Shown: one piece after another, positions 25,316 through 35,570 of the stretch | Position numbering within the stretch: position 1 is the first letter of the stretch | How the letters are laid out: every line of letters begins with the position of its first letter | Assembly (NCBI GenBank): GCA_965248925.1 | Contig: CBDFLE010000006.1 | Coordinates: 3,104,001 to 3,168,000, forward strand | Length of the DNA stretch: 64,000 nucleotides | Direction: 5' to 3' | Source: Candidatus Multivoradales bacterium | GTDB taxonomy: Bacteria; Acidobacteriota; Thermoanaerobaculia; Multivoradales; J023 | The notes under the pieces: generated by a model | The model's input: the letters and a program-made list of their open reading frames with translations, nothing else | Told to the model about the DNA's origin: nothing | Databases searched by the model: none | Made by a program: the position numbers and the translations under genes

Positions 25316-27010
25316 ATGACCACATCCACTGACAAAATGCGTGTCAAAGAGCGCCTTAGATTGTGCGTCACGCCGGCCCAGGGCGATGTGTTCGACCATC
25401 CGTTGGACGATGTTCCCTTGTTGCTAGGGCGGGCCTCGGGGGCGCGCTTGAATCTCGGTGATGATCGTCTGGCGGCTGAGCACAGCCGGATCTTCCGGCG
25501 TGATGGCGGGCTGTGGATCGAAGACTTGGGCTCGGCGCCGAGAACCCTGCTCAACGGCAATTCTCTACATGCCGCGCAGCCCTTACGCGAGGGCGATGTG
25601 GTGCAGCTCGGTGGCAGTCGGCTGACGGTCGAGAAGATGCTCTCACCGCTGCTTGGCGGGCCGGGCAGGGTCGGCCTCGACACGCCACTGTTTCGCAGCG
25701 CAACCCAGTTGCTCCGTGATCATAGCGACGGTGCCCACCCGGCCGACCCCACCGCCCTCGAGCGTCGCGCCGAGCGCTTGCAGGTGCTCAATGAGGTCCA
25801 CCGAGCCCTCGGTCAGCCGATGGAACATGGGCAGCTTCTGGAGCTGATTCTCGACAGTGTTTTCACCCATCTGGTGCCGGAGCAAGGGGCCATCTTTCTG
25901 CGCCAAGCCGATGGTGAGCATCAGGTGGCGGCGATGCGTTCGCCCGACAGTGACCAGGCGGAGGGGCAGGGCCTCTACTCGCGCAGCTTGCAGCGCGAAG
26001 TCAGTGAGAAAGGGATGGCCGCCTTAGTGCTCGATATCGAGCATGATGAGCGCTTTGCCCTATCGCAGAGTATTCAGTCGATCGGCATACGCTCATTGGT
26101 CGCGGCGCCGTTGCTCGGCCCCAAGGGCTCGTTGGGGATGATCGTGCTGAGTTCCAAGGCTGCCGAGCGCCAGTTCACCGAGGGTGACATGGAGCTGCTG
26201 GTGTCCTTGGCGGCGGTGGCGGCGCTGTCGATTCGCAATGTCGAGTTGGCCGAAGAGTTGGTCGAGAGGCGGCGCATCGACAAAGAGCTGACCCTGGCGC
26301 GGCGTATTCAGGTGGCGTTGCTCCCCAAGCTGCTGCCGCAGCCCGAGGGTTGGCAGTTGCACGCTGGCAACGTGCCTTCGCGGGCTGTGTCGGGGGACTA
26401 CTACTTGGCGGTCGAGCGCGACGCTGGCCGCCAATGCGTGTTGATGGTGGCGGATGTGTCGGGCAAGGGAATTGCCGCCGCTCTGCTGACCGCGTCGCTC
26501 GAAGCCCTGGCCGCCGGCCCAATCGAGGACGGCAAGTCGGCGGAAGAAATCTGCGTCCGTCTGGCCCGCCAGCTCTATGCTCGTACTCCGCCAGAACGCT
26601 ACGCCACCGCCTTTATAGCGGTGCTTGAGCCGAGCAGCGGAGTGTTGCGTTGGGCCAACGCTGGCCATGTGCCGCCCCTGCTGCTGCATCCCTCCGGCGA
26701 TTCCGAGCGCCTAATGCCCACCGGCCCGCCCCTGGGTTTGGTCGCGGGCGCCAAATACCGCTCAGGTGAGTCGCGGCTGGCGGCTGGAGACTTCTTGATG
26801 ATGTTCACCGATGGCATCACCGAGACCGCCGATGCTGAAGATCGTGACTACGGCAGCCGCCGCCTAGCCCGAGTCTGTTGGCGCTACCGCGACCGTTCCC
26901 TGAAAACTCTGGCGCACGAGGTCGAACGCGATCTGGCGCGCTTCGCCGCTGCCGCCGAAGACTCTGGTGGTGACGATCGCACCTTCGTCATGCTGCGCCG
27001 TAACTGCTGA
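25316..27010 (+). CDS. FHA-GAF-SpoIIE (PP2C-type) phosphatase
   Basis: LGR...H...DLGS...T.LNG (FHA); GAF; SGDYY, ADVSGKG, NAGH, TDG, DDRT. Confidence 0.9.
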   Translation: MTTSTDKMRVKERLRLCVTPAQGDVFDHPLDDVPLLLGRASGARLNLGDDRLAAEHSRIFRRDGGLWIEDLGSAPRTLLNGNSLHAAQPLREGDVVQLGGSRLTVEKMLSPLLGGPGRVGLDTPLFRSATQLLRDHSDGAHPADPTALERRAERLQVLNEVHRALGQPMEHGQLLELILDSVFTHLVPEQGAIFLRQADGEHQVAAMRSPDSDQAEGQGLYSRSLQREVSEKGMAALVLDIEHDERFALSQSIQSIGIRSLVAAPLLGPKGSLGMIVLSSKAAERQFTEGDMELLVSLAAVAALSIRNVELAEELVERRRIDKELTLARRIQVALLPKLLPQPEGWQLHAGNVPSRAVSGDYYLAVERDAGRQCVLMVADVSGKGIAAALLTASLEALAAGPIEDGKSAEEICVRLARQLYARTPPERYATAFIAVLEPSSGVLRWANAGHVPPLLLHPSGDSERLMPTGPPLGLVAGAKYRSGESRLAAGDFLMMFTDGITETADAEDRDYGSRRLARVCWRYRDRSLKTLAHEVERDLARFAAAAEDSGGDDRTFVMLRRNC

Positions 27011-27023
27011 GCCTGCGCCCTTC

Positions 27024-29825
27024 ATGTCACATCGGACCGCCATCGAGGTGCGTGGGGCGCGGACTCACAATCTCAAGAATATTGACTGTGAGATTCCCCA
27101 CCGGCGGCTGACGGTGGTCACCGGCCCGTCGGGAGCCGGCAAGTCGTCCTTGGCCTTTGACACGATCTATGCCGAGGCCCAGCGACGATATGTCGAATCG
27201 GTGTCGACCTACGCTCGCCAATTCCTCGATCAGATGGAGAGGCCGCCGGTGGATTCGGTCGTCGGGATCATGCCGGCGGTGGCCCTCGAAGCCAAGAACT
27301 CGGTGCGCAACGCGCGCTCAACGGTGGGCACCCTGACCGAGGTCCACGACGTGCTGCGCTTGCTCTTCACTCACCTCGGCCGGGTGGAATGCCCGCGCGG
27401 TCACGGCGCGGTGGCCAGCCACACGTCGCAGCAGGTCGCCGAGGAACTCGCCGCCGGTGTGGTGGGTGATCGCTTCATGTTGCTCGCCGCCATTGAGCGA
27501 CCGGTGCCGAAGGCCGATCTCAAATTGCGCGAATTGGTTCGCCAGGGTTTTTTTCGTCGTTTGGGTGACGCCGGCCAGATCGTGCGGATGAAGCCCAGCG
27601 AGCGGTGGAAGAAGGCTCTCGATCCGCTGTTGCTGGTGCTGGGGCGGTTCCGTGCCGACGGCCAGAGCGGAGCTCGCTTGGCGGCGGCGGTGGAGGAGAT
27701 CTACCGCCTGACCGGTGGCAAGCTGCGGGCGTTGGGCGAGGATGGCGAGCTGCGTTACTTCGGTCGCCGGCTGAGCTGTGGCAAGTGTGGCGAGAGCCTG
27801 GAGCGACCCACCCCGGCGCTGTTCTCCTTCAACTCCCCCCTCGGCGCCTGTGCCGAGTGCCAGGGCTTTGGTCGGGTGATGGGGATCGATCCCGAACGGG
27901 TGATTCCCGATCCCTCTCGCACCTTGGCGGAGCGGCCGATAGCGCCCTGGGATTCGCCGTCTTTCGAAGATCGCTACGAGCGTCTCTACACGGCTTGTAG
28001 CGAGCGCGGTGTGCCTTTGGATGTGCCCTACTCGCAACTCAGCGAGGCGACCCGGCGCTGGATCTGGAGCGGCAGCGGACCGTTTACCAATCTGGACAAG
28101 TTCTTCGCCTGGCTTGAGCGTCGGATTTACAAGATGCATGTGCGGGTCATGCTGTCGCGCTATCGTGCCTACGACACCTGTCCCAGCTGCGCCGGCCGGC
28201 GTTTGCAGCCGGCGGCGTTGGCGGTGCGGTGGATGGGTGCGACCTTGCCGTGGCTGACCGCCCTGAGTGTCAAGGATCTGGGTGGTTGGCTCGCCGAGCA
28301 GCGCTTCAGCCGGGCGCAGCCGGCGGCCGCCGGGCATCTGCTGGAGAGCCTCACCGAACGCCTCGAGACCCTGCGCCGGGTGGGTCTCGACTATCTCACC
28401 CTTGATCGCCAAGCTCGCACTCTCTCGGGTGGCGAGACCCAGCGAATCCAGTTAGCGGCGGCGTTGGGCTCGGGCCTGACCAGCACTCTCTACGTGCTCG
28501 ACGAGCCCACTATCGGCCTCCATCCCCGCGATTCGAGCCGCCTGCTAGAGCTGCTGCGCGATCTGTCGCGACGGGGCAATACGGTGCTGGTGGTAGAACA
28601 CGACCGCACCTTGATCACCGGTGCCGACCATGTCATCGATCTCGGCCCCAGAGCTGGTGAGCACGGTGGCCAGGTGGTTGCCGCCGGCACGGTGAAGGAG
28701 ATCCGCCAGGCCGACTCCTTGACTGGCGAGTGGTTGCGGCAGCGAGCGCCGGGACCGAAACGCAGTGCCAGCCAAATCGAGCGCGATGCGCGGTTGGCTG
28801 AGCTACCGCGGCTGGAGATTCGCGGTGCTTCGGCCAACAACCTGCGGAACATCGATGTCGAGCTGCCGCTGGGGGCCTTGGTGGTGGTCACCGGGGTCTC
28901 GGGATCGGGCAAGTCGACCCTGGTCGAGAACGTCTTGCACGGCACCTACCAGCGGTCTCGCGGGGTCGTCGATGTTGACCCCGGCGCCTGCCGCGAGTTG
29001 CTCGGACTCGATGAACTGGCCGATGTCACCCTGGTCGATCAGCGACCCTTGGGCCGCTCCAGCCGCTCCAACCCGGTGACCTACATCAAGGCCTACGACG
29101 TCATTCGCAAGCTCTACGCCGACACCGCGGTGGCGCGCCAGCGGGGCATCCAACCGGGGGATTTTTCCTTCAACCTCGATCGCGGGCGTTGCACCGAGTG
29201 TCAGGGCACTGGAGTCACCGAGGTCGACATGCAATTCATGGCGCCGGTGACGGTGGTTTGCGACAGCTGCCAGGGTCGCCGCTTCCAGGCCCACATTCTT
29301 ACGGTCACCTTCCAAGGCCGCAATATCCACGAGACCCTGGAGCTGACCGTCGAACGTGCGCTCGAGGAATTTGCCGGCGAGCGCCGCTTGTGCCGGCGCC
29401 TGGAATCGCTGCGTGCCGTTGGCCTGGGCTACCTACGCCTGGGTCAGCCGACCTCCACCCTGTCGGGAGGCGAAGCACAGCGACTCAAGTTGGCCAGTTT
29501 CTTAGACCGGCCGAAGAAAGGCAGCCGTAGATTGTTCTTATTTGACGAGCCCACTACCGGCCTGCACGTTTCCGACATCGAGCTGCTGACCTCGACCTTG
29601 CGCCAGCTGGTCGACCGGGGTGACGGGGTGGTGGTGGTCGAGCACTCCACCGACCTGATGGCCCGCGCCGACTGGATCGTCGACCTCGGCCCCGGCGGCG
29701 GCCCCGGCGGCGGCGAGCTGCTCTATTCCGGCCCGATCATCCCCTTCCTCGACCGCGTCGAGAGCCCCACCGCCGAAGAGCTAAGGCGGCATCTGCGCTG
29801 GCGGCGGAAGGATGCTGAGGGCTAG
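27024..29825 (+). CDS. uvrA: UvrA-family excinuclease ABC subunit A paralog
   Basis: [32 protein letters not shown] x2, [10 protein letters not shown], zinc-finger CxxC pairs. Confidence 0.9.
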   Translation: MSHRTAIEVRGARTHNLKNIDCEIPHRRLTVVTGPSGAGKSSLAFDTIYAEAQRRYVESVSTYARQFLDQMERPPVDSVVGIMPAVALEAKNSVRNARSTVGTLTEVHDVLRLLFTHLGRVECPRGHGAVASHTSQQVAEELAAGVVGDRFMLLAAIERPVPKADLKLRELVRQGFFRRLGDAGQIVRMKPSERWKKALDPLLLVLGRFRADGQSGARLAAAVEEIYRLTGGKLRALGEDGELRYFGRRLSCGKCGESLERPTPALFSFNSPLGACAECQGFGRVMGIDPERVIPDPSRTLAERPIAPWDSPSFEDRYERLYTACSERGVPLDVPYSQLSEATRRWIWSGSGPFTNLDKFFAWLERRIYKMHVRVMLSRYRAYDTCPSCAGRRLQPAALAVRWMGATLPWLTALSVKDLGGWLAEQRFSRAQPAAAGHLLESLTERLETLRRVGLDYLTLDRQARTLSGGETQRIQLAAALGSGLTSTLYVLDEPTIGLHPRDSSRLLELLRDLSRRGNTVLVVEHDRTLITGADHVIDLGPRAGEHGGQVVAAGTVKEIRQADSLTGEWLRQRAPGPKRSASQIERDARLAELPRLEIRGASANNLRNIDVELPLGALVVVTGVSGSGKSTLVENVLHGTYQRSRGVVDVDPGACRELLGLDELADVTLVDQRPLGRSSRSNPVTYIKAYDVIRKLYADTAVARQRGIQPGDFSFNLDRGRCTECQGTGVTEVDMQFMAPVTVVCDSCQGRRFQAHILTVTFQGRNIHETLELTVERALEEFAGERRLCRRLESLRAVGLGYLRLGQPTSTLSGGEAQRLKLASFLDRPKKGSRRLFLFDEPTTGLHVSDIELLTSTLRQLVDRGDGVVVVEHSTDLMARADWIVDLGPGGGPGGGELLYSGPIIPFLDRVESPTAEELRRHLRWRRKDAEG

Positions 29826-29893
29826 TTGATCTTGGTGGTGCCAAGTCAGAGTTCGGGCCTGTTGCATCTCACCCCGCTCCCTGGGATTAGTCG

Positions 29894-30316
29894 CTAGCTG
29901 TCCGCCGGATAGAGAATCAGCGGTCCATGGCGATGCTGGCCCACAGCGCGGAAGTCGCGCTGATCAAGGGTAAGAATCTTGCAGGTGTGAAGTCGTTCGG
30001 CGACCGTGATTACCGCTGCATCGACGAAGCCCAAGTCCAGGTCTAGGTAGCGTCTTACGAGTTCGGTACAGCGGTCGATATCGGCAGGGGTCAGGTGATC
30101 GAGCGCAAAGGCGCCTGTGGCGAGGCTATCCAGAAAATCTAGGGCCGCCGCTGTTCCGAGGTACTTGGTCAAGAAATAGTCAACTTCGGACACTACCGGC
30201 AATGGAACTACTATCGGGCCTCGATGCGCCTCGATGACGGTCTTGACCCCTTGGTGATGGCGGTCGCTTGCGTCATAGAGAGCGTAGAGACCGCCGGTGT
30301 CAGCGACCAGGGTCAT
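29894..30316 (-). CDS. vapC: VapC PIN-domain toxin
   Basis: VADTG.LYA..D..D.HH, SE, LGFVDA, TLDQRDF. Confidence 0.92.
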   Translation of the reverse strand: MTLVADTGGLYALYDASDRHHQGVKTVIEAHRGPIVVPLPVVSEVDYFLTKYLGTAAALDFLDSLATGAFALDHLTPADIDRCTELVRRYLDLDLGFVDAAVITVAERLHTCKILTLDQRDFRAVGQHRHGPLILYPADS

Positions 30317-30543
30317 GCACCGGGGCGCTGCCGTTCGGCCAGCAGCTCTTCCGTGCGTTCAGAGATATCCGGGCGACCACTCCGGTAGGCTCCAATGCCC
30401 TTGGCGGAGGGTCGAGTGTGGCGTTGGAGATAGGTACTCAAAGCCTCTCGGACCAGCACTGATTGCTTGCGTCCTTGCGAGCGCGCTAGTTCTCTTAGGG
30501 ACAACAGCATGACCTCGTCGAGGTAGAGCGTCGTTTTAGTCAT
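30313..30543 (-). CDS. CopG/RHH antitoxin (VapB-like)
   Basis: MTKTTLYLD...LARSQGR.QS.LVREAL...SG..DISER.EELL; overlap with vapC. Confidence 0.88.
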   Translation of the reverse strand: MTKTTLYLDEVMLLSLRELARSQGRKQSVLVREALSTYLQRHTRPSAKGIGAYRSGRPDISERTEELLAERQRPGA

Positions 30544-30552
30544 TTCGTGACT

Positions 30553-30568
30553 TTGCCACATGTGGCAA
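30553..30568. promoter_or_regulatory. Perfect 16-bp palindrome, putative vapBC operator
   Basis: TTGCCACATGTGGCAA 9 bp upstream of antitoxin ATG. Confidence 0.65.
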
Positions 30569-30742
30569 CTCACATCAAATAGCCGGGTTACCCCCGCTCC
30601 CTGATACTCGTCACTTGTGATCAGTAGGATAGAGGAGCGGTGACCCGCGACGATACGGCTCACTGCGCGGAGATTGCTGGTCTTGCCGTACGAGCCCTTT
30701 CCTTCAGGAAAAGCGGTAAGAGTGGCATGGTAACCTCGTTGT

Positions 30743-31018
30743 ATGCGGTTCAACTAGGATGGGGAAAAGGCCGCACTAAACCTCGCCAAACACGGCGTGT
30801 CTTTCAACGAGGCGGCGTCGGTGTTTGGGGATTTGTTTAGCTGGACCTATTTCGATCCGGACCACTCAGCATCGGAACAGGGCTGGATCACCATAGGCTC
30901 ATCCGAGACGCAGCGGGTCCTGGTGGATTCACCCGCTGATCAAGGCGAATGGAAGGTTCGGATCTTCAGCGCGCGACGAGCGACGAGGAAGGAACGTCGA
31001 ATCTATGAAGAAGGCTAA
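30743..31018 (+). pseudogene. brnT: BrnT family toxin with in-frame TAG at codon 5
   Basis: ATG CGG TTC AAC TAG GAT.. = MRFN*DGEKAALNLAKHGVSFNEAASVFGD...RIFSARRATRKERRIYE; stop replaces the W of FxWD. Confidence 0.85.
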
Positions 31019-31229
31019 TGAGCTAGACGAGTTGAGGTCGGAGTACGACTTTGCGTGGATGAGTGGCGGGGTGAAGGGTAAGTACGCTGAGGAATATCGG
31101 CGTGGTACCAACCTTGCGCGTCTGGATCCTGATGTCGCTAGAGCGTTCACCATGGACGAATCCGTGAACGAGGCCCTTAGGGCTCAACTTAGGATCGGCG
31201 GGAGAATAGTTCCCGAAAGCCTGTCCTAG
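31005..31229 (+). CDS. brnA: BrnA-like antitoxin
   Basis: DELRSEYDF....GVKGKY...LDPDVA.AF....VNEALR. Confidence 0.82.
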   Translation: MKKANELDELRSEYDFAWMSGGVKGKYAEEYRRGTNLARLDPDVARAFTMDESVNEALRAQLRIGGRIVPESLS

Positions 31230-31288
31230 GCAACCGCCAAGGGAGTGAGCCACGCCCAGATTCGCGGACTGCTGATCGGGCCGAGTCA

Positions 31289-33238
31289 GTGTCCGCCATG
31301 AACCCTCCCATTCCAGAACGTCGCTGGCTGGCTGCCATCTTGCTGCTGGGGCTGCTGCTGCGCCTGGCCTATTTGCTGGAGGTGGCGCAGGCGCCGGACT
31401 TCGATCTGCCGCGGTTCGAGGCGCAGTACCACGACTATTGGGCGCGAGCTCTGGTCAGTGGCGATTGGTCGGTTCCGGAAGGGGTGACGGATCCGGAGAT
31501 TCGCCAGCGGCCCTACTTTCGACCGCCGGGCTATCCCTTCTTTTTGGCGGCGGTCTACCGGGTCTTTGGCGCTAGCTATTGGGCGCCGCGGTGGGTGCAG
31601 ATGGTCTTGGGGTTGGCCAGCTGTTGGCTGGTCTGGCTGCTGGCGCGGCGTCCTTTTGGTGCCGCAGCGGGGCTGGCGGCGGCGGCGATCTTGGCCAGCC
31701 ATTGGGTGTTGCTGTTCTTCGAAGCCGAGTTGATGGCACCGGTGCTGATCGTCTTTCTCCTACTGGCAATCCTGGCGCTGGCGTCGCGCTGGGTCACCCG
31801 GCTCACTCTGGGTGGGGCGACGGCTACCGGGGCGTTGGTGGGCTGTTTGGCTTTGGTGCGGCCCAATGCCTTGCTGTTGCCGGTGGTGTTGCTGGCTTGG
31901 ATGGTCTGGCTGGCGCGGCGCCGGCAGCAGTCATGGTGGCGCCCGGCGCTGGTGTTCTCTGTGGCCGTAGCCCTGCTCTTGCTGCCGGCGGCTTGGCGCA
32001 ATTGGCGGGTGGCGGGGGATCGGGTGCTGGTGACTTCCAACGCCGGCATCAACCTGTTTGTCGGTAACCACCCGGATAGCGATGGCTACACCCCCAATGT
32101 CGCGGAGTTGGTGCAGATCACCGGTTTGGAGAGCTGGGAGTCGTTCGATCATCCGCGGCTGGCGCGCGCGGTGGAGGCTGCCGCGGGCCATTCGCTGAGT
32201 GATTCCGAAGTCTCCACCTTCTTCGTCCGCCGGCTGGGTCAGCGGCTGCGGCAGGACGCTTCCCACCTACCGCGATTGTGGTTGCGCAAGCTGGCACTGT
32301 TTTGGGGACCGGCAGAGGTGTCGAACAACAAAGTGCTCGAGGTCGAGCGCCGTTACTCGCGGGTACTGCGCTCGACTCCGGGTTTCGCCCTCCTGTTGAG
32401 CCTGGCGGTCTTGGGGCTGGCGGTGAGCTGGCGACGGCGACCTGAAGCCGGCGCGGCGCAGGCTGAAACGCGGGCGGTAACGCTATTGCTGCTCAGCACC
32501 GTGGCGGTGCTTTGCGCCAGCTATTTGCCGTTCTTTGTCGCTGCGCGTTTTCGCTTGGTGGTGGTGCCGGTGTTGGCGGTTTTCGCTGGCTGCGGGCTGG
32601 CTTGGATGGGGCGGCAGCTGTTGTCTTGGCAGCCGCGCAAATTGCTTCCCGCCGGATTGGCATTGGCCGGCTTGTACTGGCTCGCCGCAACTCCCTGGGT
32701 GCCCTATTCGCCGGACGAAGGCCGTTGGCATTTCCGGCGAGCCTTGTTGTATAGCAGTCGGGGAGAGCTGGTGGATGCCCTGAGCGAGGCCGAGCAGGCG
32801 GTCGGGGCAGATCCGCGGGCGGCTGAAGCGCAGCTATTGCAGGCCGAGCTGCTGGTCGGAAGCGAGCGGCTCGATGAGGCGGGCCAGGCGTATTCACGGC
32901 TGTTAGAGCTGCGCCCTGAATCGGTCGATGCACGGGCCGGCCTGGCTACCGTGCTGGCCCGGCAAGGTGATTTGGCGGCGGCGATCGATCATTGGCGGGC
33001 GGTGCTGCAAGTGCAGCCAAATCGCTTGCCGGTACTCAACAATCTGGCCTTGACCCTGGCCACGACCGACGATCCCGCTTTGCGCGACCCGGCGCGGGCG
33101 GTGCTGTTGGCTGAACGCGCCAACCGCCTCAGTGGAGGAGGTCATCTGGCGCTGCGGCGCACCTTGGAACTGGCCTACCGCGCCGCAGGACGGGATGACG
33201 AGGCGGCGGCGGTGGCCATCTTGCCGCCTGGCGAGTAG
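31289..33238 (+). CDS. GT-C (family 39/ArnT-like) membrane glycosyltransferase with C-terminal TPRs
   Basis: PYFRPPGYPFFLA, multiple TM helices, VRPN, NAGINLFVGN, RFR; TPR tail. Confidence 0.85.
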   Translation: MSAMNPPIPERRWLAAILLLGLLLRLAYLLEVAQAPDFDLPRFEAQYHDYWARALVSGDWSVPEGVTDPEIRQRPYFRPPGYPFFLAAVYRVFGASYWAPRWVQMVLGLASCWLVWLLARRPFGAAAGLAAAAILASHWVLLFFEAELMAPVLIVFLLLAILALASRWVTRLTLGGATATGALVGCLALVRPNALLLPVVLLAWMVWLARRRQQSWWRPALVFSVAVALLLLPAAWRNWRVAGDRVLVTSNAGINLFVGNHPDSDGYTPNVAELVQITGLESWESFDHPRLARAVEAAAGHSLSDSEVSTFFVRRLGQRLRQDASHLPRLWLRKLALFWGPAEVSNNKVLEVERRYSRVLRSTPGFALLLSLAVLGLAVSWRRRPEAGAAQAETRAVTLLLLSTVAVLCASYLPFFVAARFRLVVVPVLAVFAGCGLAWMGRQLLSWQPRKLLPAGLALAGLYWLAATPWVPYSPDEGRWHFRRALLYSSRGELVDALSEAEQAVGADPRAAEAQLLQAELLVGSERLDEAGQAYSRLLELRPESVDARAGLATVLARQGDLAAAIDHWRAVLQVQPNRLPVLNNLALTLATTDDPALRDPARAVLLAERANRLSGGGHLALRRTLELAYRAAGRDDEAAAVAILPPGE

Positions 33239-33368
33239 CGGCGCCTGTGTTAAAGTTCGCAGCTCTTGAGGCGACGTTTCCTTTCTGATCAACAAGGCCA
33301 GCGACGGCACTTGCAACGAATCAACACGCTACGCATTTTCACGCGCCGTCACGGCGGCCGATTCGGGA

Positions 33369-35534
33369 GTGGGCACCGTGCCAACCAATACCGCGCCAAT
33401 CACAGCTGAGCAGGATCAGGAGCGCACTTTGCGCCCACCGCGGGCCAAAGTCGAGGTCAAAGCTACCGAGATTCACGGTGATCGCTTGAGTGACGACTAC
33501 TTCTGGCTGCGCCAACGAAACGATGCCGAGGTACTGGCATACCTGCAAGCGGAGAACGCCTACACCGAGCAGATGACGGGCCACACCGAGGAGCTACGCC
33601 AGAGGCTCTACGTGGAACTGGTGGGCCGGATCGAGGAAACCGACCTGTCGGTGCCCTGGTGCAAGGGCGATTACTTCTACTATTCGCGCACCGAGGAAGG
33701 CCGGCAGTATCCCATCCACTGCCGCAAGCGGGGTGGGCTGGAGGCCGACGAAGAGATCATCCTCGATGTCAATCAGTTGGCCGAAGGGCACGAGTTCTTT
33801 CGCGTCGGCAGCGTCGCGGTCAGTCCTGATCACCGCTTGTTGGCTTATGCGACAGACACCAAGGGTACCGAGCACTTCACCCTGGTGGTCAAGCGGTTGG
33901 CCGATGGCAAGCTGCTGTCTGATCGGGTGGAGAATGTCTATTACTCGCTCGAATGGGGCAACGACAACCGCACCCTCTTCTACACCACTCTCGATCACGC
34001 TCGCCGGCCTTATAAGGTGTTTCGTCATGTTCTCGGCACCGCGGCGACGGCGGATGTCGAGCTTTTCCACGAAGCCGATGCCGCTTTCACCGTCGGTTTG
34101 GGTAAGGCACGCAGCGACAAATATCTGCTGCTGGCCGCCGGCAGCTCGACCACCAGCGAATACCACATCCTTGATGCTGATCAGCCGATGGGCGACTTCG
34201 AGGTCTTCCAGCCGCGTCGCCACGAGGTTCGCTACAGCCTGGAACACCATGTCGGGGTGGCTGGCGAGAGCGAGGGCTTCTACGTCCGCACCAACGACGG
34301 GGCGAAGAACTTCCGCCTCCTATGGGCGCCGGTCGGGAGCCGTGATCGAGCGAGCTGGAGCGAAGTGATCGCCCACCGCGAGCACGTCAAGTTGGAGGCG
34401 GTGAGCGCTTTTCGCCAGTATCTGGTGCTCACCGAGCGCCATGCCGGGTTGCGCCGGCTGCGGGTTCGCCACCTGGCTAGTGGTGAGGATCATCAGATCG
34501 AGCTGCCCGAAAGCGTCTCGACGGTGTGGCCGAGCTTCAATCCGGAGTTCGATACCGATCAGCTGCGTTTCACCTACATGTCGATGGTGACGCCGCGTTC
34601 GGTCTACGACTACGACCTAGGCCAGCGCAGCCGGCGGTTGCTCAAGCGTCAGCAAGTGCCGAGCGGCTACGATTCTTCGCTTTACACCACTGAACGGATC
34701 TACGCTCGGGCCGAGGACGGTTTGGCGGTGCCGATCAGCTTGGTTTATCGCCGCGACCTGGTGCGCAATGGCTCCCATCCGGCTTTGCTCTACGGCTACG
34801 GCTCCTATGGTTCAGGTATCGATCCCTACTTTTCGTCCAATCGGCTCAGCCTGTTGGATCGCGGTTGGGTGTATGCCGTCGCCCATGTGCGCGGCGGTGG
34901 CGTGTTGGGAGAACGTTGGCACGATGACGGCAAAATGCTCAACAAGCGCAACACCTTCAGCGACTTCATCGCCGCCGCCGAGTTGCTGCTCGACCAGCGC
35001 TACACTTCGACTGACCGCTTGGCGATCCAGGGGGGTAGCGCCGGCGGCTTGTTGATGGGCGCGGTGGTCAACATGCGTCCTGACCTGTTCGCGGCGGTGA
35101 TCGCCGACGTCCCCTTCGTCGACGTGATCAACACCATGCTCGACTCCGACATCCCGCTCACCGTCGGTGAGTTCGAAGAGTGGGGCAACCCGGCCGAGAG
35201 TGTCGAGCACTATCGCTACATGAAGTCCTATTCGCCCTACGACAACGTTGTTCCCCAGGACTACCCGCCGATGCTGATCACCGCCGGGTTGAACGATTCA
35301 CGGGTGCAGTATTGGGAACCCGCCAAGTGGACCGCCAAGCTTCGGGCCACCAAGACCGACGTCAATCTCCTGCTGCTGAAAACCAACATGGGCGCCGGCC
35401 ACAGCGGCGCCTCGGGACGCTACGATTCCCTGCGCGAGATAGCCTTCGACTACGCCTTCCTGGTCGACACCATCGATCAGAGCATGGCTAGTAGCGATTG
35501 CGTTGACGCTGAAGCATCCACCGCCGAGTCCTGA
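33369..35534 (+). CDS. ptrB: Oligopeptidase B (S9A)
   Basis: DDYFWLR, YGYGSYG, HVRGGG, GGSAGG, NDSRV.YWEPAKW, AGH.GASGR. Confidence 0.95.
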   Translation: MGTVPTNTAPITAEQDQERTLRPPRAKVEVKATEIHGDRLSDDYFWLRQRNDAEVLAYLQAENAYTEQMTGHTEELRQRLYVELVGRIEETDLSVPWCKGDYFYYSRTEEGRQYPIHCRKRGGLEADEEIILDVNQLAEGHEFFRVGSVAVSPDHRLLAYATDTKGTEHFTLVVKRLADGKLLSDRVENVYYSLEWGNDNRTLFYTTLDHARRPYKVFRHVLGTAATADVELFHEADAAFTVGLGKARSDKYLLLAAGSSTTSEYHILDADQPMGDFEVFQPRRHEVRYSLEHHVGVAGESEGFYVRTNDGAKNFRLLWAPVGSRDRASWSEVIAHREHVKLEAVSAFRQYLVLTERHAGLRRLRVRHLASGEDHQIELPESVSTVWPSFNPEFDTDQLRFTYMSMVTPRSVYDYDLGQRSRRLLKRQQVPSGYDSSLYTTERIYARAEDGLAVPISLVYRRDLVRNGSHPALLYGYGSYGSGIDPYFSSNRLSLLDRGWVYAVAHVRGGGVLGERWHDDGKMLNKRNTFSDFIAAAELLLDQRYTSTDRLAIQGGSAGGLLMGAVVNMRPDLFAAVIADVPFVDVINTMLDSDIPLTVGEFEEWGNPAESVEHYRYMKSYSPYDNVVPQDYPPMLITAGLNDSRVQYWEPAKWTAKLRATKTDVNLLLLKTNMGAGHSGASGRYDSLREIAFDYAFLVDTIDQSMASSDCVDAEASTAES

Positions 35535-35570
35535 GAACGGGCGGGGATAGGGGTTCGGAGAGCTTGCCAC